A stretch of 64,000 nt of DNA, from NCBI RefSeq assembly GCF_963921235.1, contig NC_086105.1, positions 135,532,001 to 135,596,000 on the forward strand. Direction: 5' to 3'. How positions within the stretch are numbered: position 1 is the stretch's first letter; each line of letters opens with the position of its first letter. This DNA is from Mobula hypostoma. Its lineage: Eukaryota. The translations under genes and the position numbers were made by a program. Below are positions 12,201-24,207 of the stretch, piece by piece. The notes under the pieces were generated by a model. That model did no database searches. It saw only the letters and a program-made list of their open reading frames with translations, and was not told where the DNA came from.

Positions 12201-15200
12201 TCCAATGCACCCAGTAGTTCTGTTCTGGACTTCACTAATCATGACCGTGTGGGAGCAAAATCAATTAATGCCGTACAAATGGTATTGGGTAAATCCGTGG
12301 CAAATAAGCATGGGGATGGGTCTGTTGGGATCGTTCTGTTAAAAGCAGGTCAGACCTATGGGTTGAATGGTCTTCATTCCCTGCCTTAACTAATCTACGA
12401 TTAGATGACCAAGCCTTTTGTTGAATAAAAAGTAGAATTATTTAATCTATAGAAATAGCAAGGATGCAAGAATATATAATAGTGCTTAAATTTGCAGAGC
12501 CTATGGAATTCCTATGCACATACCGTATTACTTTAGGAATGAGAAATAGCAGAAGATTCCTCAGTCTTACTCTGGATCAAGCTCACCTTTTTCCTGTTTT
12601 GTGTTCAGGTACAGGTGGCATTACAACTGCAAACGCACACAACAGTTTGGTTCTTAGAGAACTGGCAACAATTTGCAGATCATGTTGCAACACTTACAAA
12701 GGCTATAGCCCGATCTCCTTTCAAGTAAGTAAGCCACAGTGAATACCCATGCATCAAAGGAACTAATGTTTAAAAACTAGTTTGGAGGAGTATTTTTTTC
12801 TCTGTTGGGTACAAATTAAAAAAAAATGTTTTTATTTTAGAGTTCATTTTTGTTTTTGAGGATTCTTATGTTGAATCTGCTATATGGTTTCTCTGGTAAG
12901 ACCATAAAACAGAGGAGCAAAAATCAGACATTCGGCCCATCGAGTCTGCTCCGCCATTTAAGGTGTAGGTTGTCTGGGTGGCTATGAATAGAGCAGAACA
13001 TTGAGTCAGTCCTAAGGAGCTGGCTCTCATGCATTTTCTAAGCTGCCTTTACAACTACAGCACATGTTTTAGAGGTATCTTTTGTCTGATAGCATTACTG
13101 TAGAGGAAATGTACACAAGATTTTTTTTCTAAACACACAAAACCATTGTTTTCGTGATCCTTGAAAAAATCCTGTTCATTTTTACAACATACTTTAGTTA
13201 TTGAAAATACTTCTCCAAAAAAATGTTAATGCAACACCTACAGTGGTTTCAGTTTTCCTACATCTAATCAGTGGTGCTGGAGTTTTACCTTTGTGTTCAC
13301 CAGGTTGAGTTATTGACTTCGTATTACACAGTTCCAATGGCTGCCGATTCTTTCGATCCCACAAATAAGTTACTTAATAGAAATGTAGTTTAAGATTTAT
13401 CCACGCAAACACGAGGAAATCTGCAGATGCTGGAAATTCAAGCCACACACATCAAAGTTGCTGGTGAATGCAGCAGGCCAGGCAGCATCTCTAGGAAGAG
13501 GTACAGCCGACGTTTCAGGCTAAGACCCTTCATCAGGACTAACGAAGGGTCTCAGCCTGAAACGTCGACTGTACCTCTTCCTAGAGATGCTGCCTGGCCT
13601 GTTGCATTCACCGACAACTTTGACGTGTGTGGGTTAAGATTTATCCATATTGCTCTGCATTTGAAATTAGCTGAACTTGTGTCTTAATACAATGGTTAAA
13701 GGAATGTATTTTCAAAAATAAAACTTCTTTTGACAAGACATTCTTGTGAAAATAATTTTGTTTAGAAAGCAGACTGAGAAAATGACCTTCTCCTTCTGTC
13801 CTGATGGAACGTGGTCCACTGGTGTGAAAGTGGACAAGGATGGAAAGGGCCTCCTGAAATTGTGGAAAAAACAGCTTCAGCAGCTCAACAGGATCACCCA
13901 ACCAGTGGCAATGGCAATAGCACAAGCTTACCCTACACCACAGCTGCTCGTGCGGGTAATGGCAGCTATATATAAATATCTGCCATTTTTCTCATTCACG
14001 TCTCTGCTAATAGTTTCCACTCTGTCCATCCATCTTAATAGTTTCCACTATTCATCTTGCCATGTTATTAATATACAGTGAAACCTTGATTATCCATAGT
14101 CTTTATTATCCACAGAAGTTACCACGGAATTAGGTTACCATCAAGAGATGGAGCAAATGTATTTTTTTTTTAAAAGCTGGCTGCTCCTTAACCATCTGGG
14201 TTCTTGTTCCAACTACTGTAGGTAAGTAGTTGTTATTTGGATGTCGATAGTCACATACTTGATTTTCTGTGCTTCATTAGTGTTTAACTTTAGGCTAAAA
14301 AAAAAATAAAGCAGGAGATCAGAAGCAAGCAGTTTCCCAAAAAATCCATACCAGATACTGGATTAATTGGAAAAAAGAGCTTGAATCATAAACCAGAAAC
14401 CAAGCAAGGGATAAAGGTACCTGTATAAATTACAATGTTAATTATTTTTCAGGATTGGTTAACAGTTCAATGATTATTGCAACATATTATCCAATAGAAC
14501 AATAGAAAGGAGATAGGCCTTGGCATCTTTCCATATAGATGTTCACATTTTCCTCTGAAAATTTCCCTTTGTGAGGGATAATCGAGGTTCTACTGTGCTT
14601 GCATTGTAGACTACTAATAACCATGCTTCAAAATAATTGTGGTCATCCAAATTTCTTGCTGCCCATATTTTAACACACACCAGTACTGTTTGCCTAATTT
14701 CCCTAGTGCTGACTATTGACTTTAACAACTTTCAGTTGAGAAATGTTTTAAAAACACATACTTATTTTCAATTACCTTACTGTAGCTTAATTTTCCTCGT
14801 CAACCCATAACTCTCAGATGTCAGTGCTGCTTTACCTCTAGATTCCAACAGCTGAGAATTTAATCACTTCCTCAATAGCCATGTCTTCAGCTGCCTAAGC
14901 CTTATGATCTGGCATTCTCTTTTATCTTCTCACTTTCTCCTGACTTTGTTTTACTGTGTGAACATCTCCTGAAACTATTTCCTTAAGTAGCTCACTTTTA
15001 TATTTTATAATGCTATTGTCAAATGTTTTAAGATGTTTTGTGATAAAGGTATTATGTAAATGAAATTATTCAGTTTCACAATATAAGCAGTTTGATGCCT
15101 ATTTTTAATGTCAATGCATGAGATGTAAGCAGAAGAGGCATTAATAAAGGAAAGAGTCACTTTACTGCAGTGACATGGGGAAGAATATTGAACTTTATTG

Positions 15201-17522
15201 CCACAATCTATTGATCTTGTCTAAGTTCTTTGAGGGGAAATTCCTTTTTTATATCTTCTTGAGGGGTACTGTTTATATCAATTTCCTGCGTTAACAAAAA
15301 TGTCCTAATTTTACCCTTTATTTTTATGCTGATGCACTTGTGCTATGCCGAACTGACGGGGTTCCATCTTTCAGTTCATTTCTTCAACATCAGGCTAATC
15401 AGTGATTTGCATGCATTGAGTCAGCTTCTATCTTCCTTTTATAAAGAGTCTGGTAATTTTACTTTGTTCAGATTTATTCTTATCCAAATTCTTTTCAAAA
15501 CTGATCTAAACAACTTAATGTATTTGTTCCTTTAAAAAAAACAATAAAAACAAGGTTCTTTGATTCATTTTAAACTTAAATTGAAAAAAAATTGTCTAAA
15601 CACTACCCTTGCTCATTTGGTACTTTTTGATTCTATTTGCTTTGTAGATTTAAAATGATTGGAATTAATTTTATAGAACAAGTTTACAAAGTGGATAGTA
15701 AACAATGTTTGCACTAAATCCTTCTAGAGCAACCCAAGATTAATCATTGATTTTTGATAATTTTCTGATTGAATGCTTTATATATGTTTTCCCTTGCTGC
15801 AGAATCCTCATTAAGACTGAGCAGATTCACGAAAAATCATTCCCTCTTGCTCTTGTTGCATTTTGATATGGTTCTCCCAAAGAATTCTGAACATTTGCAA
15901 TATAAACAAACTTTCTACTCTTTCTGCTGCAAACACTCAAGATAATAGTACATGTATTACTGTGCTCTGGAAAACATTTGGTACCAGTACCAATCCCAGC
16001 TTTTAACCAACTATCTATCCATTCTACTGCATTTTTAAACATTCACCTTGATTTTAAACACAGAAGTTGAGCCTCTACAACACCTCTAAATGCTTTACAA
16101 GTACCCGTTATCCACACATCATCTTCACCTAACTTAAAAAAAACACTAAATTGCCATACATGGTTTCTTTTGAACACATTTGCAATGTGAGATTTTCTTT
16201 ACCTTAATTTATCCCACACTGCCCCCAAGAAACTTGCTGCTACTCATTTAAAGTGATCAATGTTAAATTGGCCTCCCAACATTTCTCTAGTATGACATGT
16301 TTAAAGATTGGAGATTTCCTCTTCAAATTCTCTCAGCATGCATTCAGGAACTCTTGTTTTCCCCCCAAAAATTACAATTCTTCCCCCCCCACCCCCAAGA
16401 ATTATCATACATATATTTGGCCATTATAGCACAATGTTTTACAATACCAGTGAACAGGTTCAATTCCTGCTGTTCCCTACAAGCAGCTTGCATGTTCTCT
16501 GTGAATGTGGGGGTTTCTTCTGAGTGTTCCAGTTTCCTCCCACAATCTAAGGCTGCACTGGTTAGGAAGTCAATTGGTCATTATAAACTGTGATTAGGCT
16601 AGGGTTATATTGGGAGTTGCTGGATGATATGGCTCAAAGGGGGCAGAAAGGCCTGTTCCACACTGCATCTCAATAAATAAATACTTCACACTTTTTGCAG
16701 GGAAGTAACATTCATTCAGCCCCTTTTCTGTAACTTATTTTTATCTCCATTATTCTTTAATATAATAATGGATCCTAATTTTTCCACTCATTACATTTTA
16801 ATCCTCTGTATTTGCAGTAACTCCAGCTGTTCATCTTTTTTGAAGAATATTTAGTTTGTGCACAATAATTAAAATTTCCTAATTGGTTTAGACAGGCAAT
16901 TCTAGTACATATGGTCTTATTCTTTGACTGCTGCTGCTCTTGCCATTTCCTTTTTAAACAGGACCAATTAAATATAGTTTCAGATGTGTCAATGTTTTCC
17001 TAAAACAAGATGAAGCAGCATTGTTAAACTGAAAGAATTGTTGCCGATAGTTGTAGCATTCCATCACATTTAGCCATTTCCATTATCCTTAATTCAGTTT
17101 TCACTGGATAAACAGTCATCCATTATTTCAGTCCTGTTGTTTAACATTTCTCTTCACTCCGGTTTGCCTGCCCCTTGCATCCTTTCCCTCTATGCAATGG
17201 AATAGCAGTCCTCTTATGCCTCATCCTAAAAAAATAAATTCAGTTTTTCTGTGGCCTATCATTTTCAATCTCAACATGTTAATAATGCTGTAAAATGTTT
17301 ACTGCCTGACAGATAAAATTCACAGTTGTGCCTTAACATTATGCATTAAAGGCTTATAGACAATGCACTACAGAATGGGAGAAGCAGAATCTGTTATCGG
17401 AGGTGAAAGTGGAAGCTGGAGGAAAACGTGTGGATCGACGTGTTGGACCAGATATATCCCGCAGGTTGTACATTTTCATGACCTCAGAAAATTCTGACAT
17501 AGTCTTGGATAAAAGTGGTTAA
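2380..17522 (+). CDS. EME2: EME2, non-catalytic subunit of the MUS81-EME2 structure-specific endonuclease (8 coding exons, about 452 aa)
   Basis: Exons 2380-2758, 4733-4881, 8542-8634, 10570-10694, 11968-12103, 12609-12724, 13766-13955, 17352-17522 join by GT-AG into 1359 nt with consistent phases. Motifs RPDQCLKYIRVCVDPAILQEAGG, LAVIGLDTY, TKAIARSPFK, FSFCPDGTWSTGVKVDKDGKGL, AYPTPQLL and RRVGPDISRRLYIFMTS match the EME family. EME2 rather than EME1 is based on synteny with SPSB3/NUBP2. Start codon uncertain. Confidence 0.9.
3152..3220. repeat. Compound (CT)n/(CA)n microsatellite
   Basis: Visible tandem dinucleotides. Confidence 0.9.
4003..4349 (-). mobile_element. RTE-derived bipartite non-autonomous element
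   Basis: Minus strand starts ctcgtcagtcgtggttggcagctcatctagaaggaaaact, typical of RTE 5' UTRs; short (caact)n tail. Confidence 0.5.
4733..4881 (+). CDS. EME2: EME2 coding exon 2
   Basis: cttag|CT ATT CTG; AILQEAGGYVLLDVLNSLE...TITWRRE; GAG|gtaagc. Confidence 0.92.
5608..5800. mobile_element. Short palindromic Penelope pLTR derivative (older subfamily)
   Basis: Inverted arms acacaaaatgctgga...gcagcatcta / tagatgctgcc...tccagcattttgtgt; 14-bp TSD tctgaaaacattta (5594-5607, 5801-5814). Confidence 0.7.
6912..6947 (-). ncRNA. Hammerhead motif in inverted pLTR
   Basis: Reverse complement AGTC CTGACGA AGGATCTCAGCCT GAAACGTC GACT. Confidence 0.6.
7008..7043 (+). ncRNA. Minimal type-I hammerhead ribozyme motif in Penelope pLTR
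   Basis: AGTC-CTGATGA-A-GGGT(CTCG)GCCC-GAAA-CG-TC/GACT: core boxes, stem I AGUC/GACU, stem II, palindromic ACGU stem III. Confidence 0.75.
7705..7740 (+). ncRNA. Hammerhead motif, stem III mutated (ACAT)
   Basis: AGTC CTGACGA AGGGTCTCGGCCC GAAACATC GACT. Confidence 0.6.
8542..8634 (+). CDS. EME2: EME2 coding exon 3
   Basis: tttcag|GCT; EENQILVLLSPNYFLNMV; CAG|gtaagg. Confidence 0.9.
9497..9760 (+). mobile_element. tRNA-derived SINE with LINE-like 3' tail
   Basis: B box gggttcaattcc; tail tttcactgtatgtttcaatgtccatgtgacaataaa, also seen at about 4925-5055 (-). Confidence 0.6.
9850..10390 (+). mobile_element. Rex1/Babar LINE 3' fragment
   Basis: FFHLRRLKKFGVGPQILRTFYRGIIESILTGCITAGYGNC. Confidence 0.8.
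10570..10694 (+). CDS. EME2: EME2 coding exon 4
   Basis: poly-T tract and gacag|; ...KATLAVIGLDTYT; AG|gtaaat. Confidence 0.88.
10785..11200 (+). mobile_element. CR1 LINE 3' fragment
   Basis: Degenerate RFTRMI.G, EFRRIRGE and FKAKVDR motifs; CR1-type tail. Confidence 0.65.
11968..12103 (+). CDS. EME2: EME2 coding exon 5 (alternative in-frame acceptor at 11986)
   Basis: Open in the required phase; ends ELGLTCADLDE|gtctgt, equivalent to human VSWPEVEE. Confidence 0.78.
12609..12724 (+). CDS. EME2: EME2 coding exon 6
   Basis: VQVALQLQTHTTVWFLENWQQFADHVATLTKAIARSPF; AA|gtaagt. Confidence 0.93.
13404..13633. mobile_element. Palindromic Penelope pLTR-only mini-element
   Basis: About 85-bp inverted arms around a 12-nt loop; 14-bp TSD ttaagatttatcca (13390-13403, 13634-13647); hammerhead core on the minus strand at 13505-13540. 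Confidence 0.85.
13766..13955 (+). CDS. EME2: EME2 coding exon 7
   Basis: KMTFSFCPDGTWSTGVKVDKDGKGLLKLWKKQLQQLNRI...YPTPQLLVR|gtaatg. Confidence 0.95.
16415..16685 (+). mobile_element. V-SINE/HE1-like SINE
   Basis: ggttcaattcc B box, ccagtttcctcccaca V-domain, (aata)n tail. Confidence 0.65.
17352..17522 (+). CDS. EME2: EME2 last coding exon
   Basis: AYRQCTTEWEKQNLLSEV...RRVGPDISRRLYIFMTSENSDIVLDKSG* (TAA 17520-17522). Confidence 0.93.
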   Translation, partial: AYRQCTTEWEKQNLLSEVKVEAGGKRVDRRVGPDISRRLYIFMTSENSDIVLDKSG

Positions 17523-17700
17523 ATAGATCAGATGAAAACAAAATGGTGCATTTTATGAACTTTTTATATAAAATACATTAGCAGGGTTGTCTGTATTTGA
17601 AAACAGTTTAGCGTTAGCAGTATGTTATTGAAACCTTATTACTTGTGAGCTCTAAACTGTTTTTATTAAAACAGTTACTTTCAATTTCTTGTAGTGGATT

Positions 17701-17706
17701 AATAAA
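17701..17706 (+). terminator. Candidate EME2 polyadenylation signal AATAAA
   Basis: First AATAAA I found after the EME2 stop, about 180 nt downstream. Confidence 0.5.
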
Positions 17707-20700
17707 CAGTGTCACAGGCCAGTTTCTAATTCAATATACAAAACGTAGCTGCTCACACGGTAACAAAAGCTGTTAATGCAAGTCAAAATTCTAGAATAAT
17801 GTTTTCACAAAATTGACATGTGGGTCCAGCAGGAACATTTATGGAAAAGGTTTGCCAATTAAATAAAAATCTAAACTTATGGTAGTTGCATAGATTAACC
17901 CAACCCTGTTGAGTTATATACAAGTCTTCAGCAGACAGGGAGCAGTGGAGAGATTAGGCACACCATCTTCTGGAAGTTAAAGAATTGATAAACTTTGAAG
18001 GAAGGTGCCAATTGTCAAAGACAATTTTTCCAGCCACAGGATCTCTGCAGAAATTCCAGTGCAGTGTCATAGGCCCAACCACCATAGGCTCATCAACTGC
18101 AGTTTTTCTATCAAGTGGGGGTGTACACCAATGTTTCCACCTTGTTCAACTCCATTTGCCACTCTACAGTAAATAACAGTTCTAGATCGCATCCAACTTA
18201 AATGGCGCAACATTGAGGCATGGGATGATAAATAACAAGTACCATTTACATTAGGCAATAATTCCAGGCATCTACCCACTTACCCTTGACTTTCAACACC
18301 AAGTTTCCAAATATTGAACATGGTGGGTAGCACTTTAGAACAGAAGATCAACTGGGCAAGCTAAATGTGTATGCACTAGCTGCAAGAGGTCAGAAGCTGG
18401 TTATAAGAGTTAGAAAGATTAAAAGGAAAAATAATGTGGGTATAAATACTGTGGCTTCAAAAGGCTGGGCATCTGCAGCAAATAAATCACCTTCTGATAC
18501 CTGAGACTTTCCACAGAGCACAAGTCAGGAGTGTGATAGAATTCTCTCCACCTATCTGGAAGGGTACAACAGCAACACTGATAACACTATGTAGAACGAA
18601 GCAATCTACTTGAATGGATGTCTATTCTACCTCCTTGAATATTTATTGCTTCCAACTTTAACAAAATTCACTCTAAACACTCAACTGCTCCCAAATGCAA
18701 AGCCCTGTATCACTAAGACAAGTGCTGCAGATGCATGGAAAGATCCTGACATGGAAATATCACTTCCTTTCCTAATGCCAGATCTAAATCCAGAACCCAC
18801 TTCCTACAGTGCTGTGAAAGCACTATCACCAGAATTGCAGCAGCTCAAGGTAACCACTCAGTAGCTCAAAGAGGAGACATGGCCAGCTTCACCTTTTTGC
18901 TAAATCAAAGCAAATCAGTGGCATATTACCAACCGATAGGACCTATGCTTCCCAAAGGATTAGGAATCATTGGGTAGCATCTTCATTGAGTTTATTGCAA
19001 GTCATAAACCTCTCAGAATTTACTGTGTTACCACTTGGCACAGCAAATAAGCCAATAAGCTATTAACTGTATTTGGTCATACCCACACTGGCTTTAACAT
19101 GTTTTACAGGGAAAATACTTCTCAGTTTAAGAAAAAAGCACTTAATCTTGCATGAAAACTGCAAGACCGTGTTTAAAAACTTGGCACTTGTGGCAAATCC
19201 ACAAAAATAAATTGAACAAAATTTGTGCTAAAATGTGAGCTTTAATGATGAAGACTAATTGTTTAGACAATATCAAAATCTACTTCACCAATGAAATAGT
19301 TCCAAAATTTCAGACTTTAGATAGCATGAAAAGCTAGACTGGAGGAAGCGAGTAACTGGCTACATGAGCTTTAGCCAGGTAATCCAATTTTAAATGCCAC
19401 TGAGCATTGAGATTTTAAATTCAAAATAATGATTTATGAAAAAGGGCGATAGGCTGCTTAAAATACAAGTGCACACATACTAAAATACCAGTATATTGTT
19501 TTGGTATTTAAACGGTTTACAAATGTAATCCCTTCCATTTGGTCACCATCTAGCATGAGAACAGTAAACTGCTGATACCTCAGCTCCCAGTTCTCTGCTC
19601 CAATTAGGGATAGAAGATCTTTAACTGCTTTCCACTACAGGATTATCACCACTGGAGTTGAGGCCTCATTAATACAGGAAGCAGATAAAATAACTGTTCA
19701 AAACTGAAGGTAGTTTTACAGTCCTAAATACTGCCATATCCTCCATTGCAACCAGATTTACAAACCAAACTAATGAAAATGAAACAAAATCACAACTAGG
19801 AATTAAAAAAAGGGACCAAATCAAAAGATTGGCATTAAGTACATTTTGGGAATAAAATGTAGATAATTACCTTTTGCTAGAGAACTGTTGTAAGCATATT
19901 AGTAAGAAATATTGGAGGAAACTTCATTAAATTTCTCTGAATACTTAAGTTGAACTTGAAAAAAAAAACTATTGAAAAAAAAGGATTAAATGCAAGTGAA
20001 TAGCCCTGGGATTTATAGGGATGAAATTCAAGTTACCATGACAATCAGTGATGTTAGTCCCTTTCATTTGAACAAGTCAGAAGCAATTCAGATTCCAGTA
20101 GGAATGACCTGTTTTGATTGGGAGTTGCTTAAAACTTGTCCACATGAGCCATCAAGCTTTGGTTTTAAAACTGGTCCACCTGCTCTGGAGTACCAAAGTT
20201 TGTAACTTGATTAGGACAAAGTTTATATTTAGGCAATGCTACAAGAGAAAAATGAATCATTTGAAGGTGCTAACTTAGAAATTAGCTTACAGAAATTAAG
20301 GAAGCAAAGAATAAGGTTAACCTTAAAATTGCTTTAGTTCAGATCTGCTCAGGTATAAAATTAAACCTGCCCCCAAATGAAACATCAGTCTGAACCCAAA
20401 TTATTTTTTGTGTTAATAACTGGGCGCAAATTGAAAATTAATCAGGTCCAGGTCAAGTAACCAGCTTCAATTCCTGTTTTGATTTATGAAACTTAGGTCT
20501 CCCAATTAGCAATAACAAAGTTATCGATAAAATTTAAGCAAAGAAGCCAGTTCAATGTGATTTAATGAGCCAATACATTTTTTTGAATTAATTGAGATTC
20601 AATCTGCAAAGAAAATGTTTGGAGCAATTTTTACAATATGTAAAGTAGTGGATGATGAAAGAAAACAAAAATGATGAGAAAAACCTCTCTCGTATATTAA

Positions 20701-23700
20701 GAAAAGCACCAGATTTTCCATTAAGGAGTGTGTAATGATCAAGTTTCCCAAATTTCTTTAATGTGGCAGACAGCCTCTGGAATTCTGTGTCTCCATACAA
20801 TAATTAACTGAGTTACTTAAACAACGTTCAAAATATACATTAATTGTCTAATGGTAGAACTATCACATACCTACCATACAGCAAGAGGTGGTACATAAAA
20901 TACGATTTGCCACGATTATAGGAAATTCTGACTGGTGTTTATAATACATATCCATTTATTGACATATTTGCAATACTGTACTGTGATACTATTACGAAAT
21001 GTATGGTTACTTTACTTAGCACTTGATTAGTAGTATTTGTATGCATAACAATTGTGTATGTGTTATGAGTTGATGCAATCCTGTTTAGAATAGTTATGGC
21101 ATAATGTACTCTAGCTAGAGAGATGGACAAGAACTATCCCTATTGAAAAAAAGGGGATTATAGAAATTTTAGAAATCTTATGCTTAAAATATTTGGCTTG
21201 ATATTAACACCAGGAAAAGTTAATGGAAGTTCAAAGATGATTGTTAACTAATAAATCCAGGAGAATAAAATATATTTTCTTTCAGGCTTGGAAAAAATAT
21301 AGCATTGCTATTCTAATTTTGATTAAGATTTCATATTAAATATTCAGCTGTGATATAGTATTACACACCAGACTGCAAGTTAAAGTACAAATTTTTAGAT
21401 TAAGCACAAGGAAAAATTGAGTGTCATACAACAGTACTTGCAAACAGAAATGATACAAACATTACAAACAAGCTTGAAGAGCACAAGAGTCCAACGCCTC
21501 ACACAGAATGCTACACCTAAAACCCAAGAGCACAAAATGGTTTTTTTTCCCTGTACTGAGAGCCAAGTTTGTAGATTGTTTATTGTAACCCTGAAAAGTG
21601 AGACTAGATTTGTGAGTTTGACAAAATGTAATATCTTTGTATTAATAGATGTGATTAAATAAATAGTAACTTGTGGTGTGCAATGTGTTGCATCAATTGA
21701 AATATTATAAAGGGATCAAATATAAAACAAGGTTTGAAATGGCACATGATGCCATATTTGCACGCTGCTATGCAAGGAGAACTTCACAGCTTTTATGGCC
21801 TGAAATTTTAAATAGAAATTCAGCAGTATTTGTTTCTTTTAAGATCTCAATTTTAAACATTAATCGGACTATTACTCTAAAGCAAAGACAATATGTTTGC
21901 TAACCTGTAGGAGGCATAGGGAGGTTATAAAGCTGAATATAGAAGATATTTTCAATTTCTTTCTGAACAAATATGGCACAGCTCTAAGGAAAGAAGTTTC
22001 ACTTTTTACACAAAAAACCTCAAAATTCCTACCTTTGGATTTTTTTTGCATCCAGACATTTTCCATCTTTGCAGCACTTTATATTTGTCAAAGACATCAT
22101 GTTTTTCCCCTATTAAGTTGCTGGTTGTTTTTTTTTTGAAAATGTTAGAAGTTGTAAAAGTACAAATCCAAAAGGGGCAAAAAGTATACAATGGTGACTA
22201 CATCACAACAGAAGAGTGAAAATTGCATTTAAACTTTACAACAGATCTGGAACCAGAATGCCAAAACCAGAATTCAAGTTACACAAATATTCCATTTGAA
22301 GCGCTGAACATTAGAATTAGCATTGCACATTAATTACGTTTCCAGACATTCACACAAATTAAACCTTACTGGTAGTTTCCATCATTACAAACATAAGCAA
22401 TTTCCACTCAAACTATCTTCTACAGAAGAATGGGCGGTCAATAGTCGGGAAATATTATATACTGTTTCTTAGTATGCCCAGAAAGCACTATTGGAATAAA
22501 AACAGGAAAAATTCATATTTGTTTACATTCTGCTATGTACTAATGGTCTCATTTCATTTGGCATAAATACAGCCAATTTTGAAATAGGTGCACTAACTTC
22601 CATACTAGGCAAAGTAAAATTCTTGGAACCAATTTGAGGAATAACCCACTGAAGCCAAATGTGACCGATTCAAAGTAATACTTCAGAATGTGAGACCAAC
22701 CATCCTTTGAGCTGGAGGTTGGCAATAATTACTTGATTATAGTAACACTAGTAATCAATTACCATTATCAAACATCATACAGTTGATGAGCATTCCATAC
22801 ATAAATTGAACAGAATGAGATTTCAAGCAGCTTTGCAAATGTGCTCCATTGCCTGCAATAGGAAAAGTCTATTTTGGGGATTAAAACTGTTAAAGGTCCA
22901 ATGAAAATCGTTAATATGCTTTTTACTCAATTCATTTTAGATTGCTCGGATAGTAGACACTTCTATTGCAGTGTACCAGCAACTGAAATATTTAAATATG
23001 TTTTTACAACACAGAAATTAGGCTTACATCAAATTTAAAGTTGAGATTGACAACTATTTTCTTCAGTCACACTTACCAACATAAATTTTACAACAGCATC
23101 CACTCTTCCAGCTGATTCTTCCCTCTCCTGAAAGAGGTTAATTTCAGAAGGTTTTAATAATTACTTCAGTAAAATGTAAGTGCAAGCCCAAACTGCTGTT
23201 GTTTGTCAAAATTTTCTGACAAAAGTTAATCTGAACCTCATCAGATGTTCACTTGCACGTCTCCAGTAGCGAACAGTTACTGGGAATAGGAATCAGATGT
23301 TCACATACACATTTCCAGTATCACAGTTATTGGGAATAGGAGTCAGTACATTATTCCCCCTCCAACTCAACATTGACTGATCAGACTTGGCTTTATCCCA
23401 ACTAAGAACTAAAGCTCAGGAAAAACTCAAATGATTTCCCTGGTTTACTTGGAGAAAGACTCAACCAATGAGGTAGAGTTTACTGAAGTTTTCTTGAGAA
23501 ATAAGATATGCATGCTAAACATTTTAGACAAGCTGATTATTTAATATATTAGGTGAAAGTGCTAAATAACCTACAAAAACTGTGTAGATTGAGGAAAACA
23601 CCCTTAGAACACAGGTCACTTTATTGAGAATAACACCATCTCAAACCCCTATTTGTACTTCTGCCAATCTGTGCTCACAGATAACAGTTCTTGTAAAATC

Positions 23701-23857
23701 GCTGCAAGGAGCAGGAACCACTCAAAATGAAGTAGAGAGCATCAGTCATCTTGCACTCCTCATTGTACAGCAGCAATGCTCCACGTCCATACTAAATAAA
23801 TTTTTAACTGCCATTAGTTGCAAGAGTCACGATTTAAAGGAAATCAAACCAGAAGTG

Positions 23858-24207
23858 TTAAGTCCATCGACATCTTTTCCGTTGACAAGTTTCAGAATCT
23901 ACTGTGGAGGAACTGTCAGAATCACTGCCTGATGAGCTGCAAGCAGCCTCACTGCTGCTACCTTCTTGACTCATAGTGAGGACCCAACCCAATCGATTAC
24001 GTAGCACACGCTTCAGACCCGGGGGTAGTGGAAGAACCTCCAATTTGTCAATGTGATCAGGCAATAATTGCTGAAGCCGCAGACAGCAAAGATACTGGAG
24101 AGAGGTTGGGGAGAAACACGAGCGAATCACTTTCATACTGCTTCTTGCTGCAGTGGAACAAACCATTGGAAAAAACTTCTTGTTTTGCAGTTTGGTAGCT
24201 GCAACTC
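23858..24207 (-). CDS. SPSB3: SPSB3 last coding exon (SOCS box)
   Basis: [26 protein letters not shown]...SLQYLCC...CQRKRCRWT*. Confidence 0.96.

Noticed and set aside
17331-17351. U12-type intron (CCTTAAC branch site, weak pyrimidine tract) before the last EME2 exon
   Set aside because: The donor is gtaatg, not the U12 consensus RTATCCTT.
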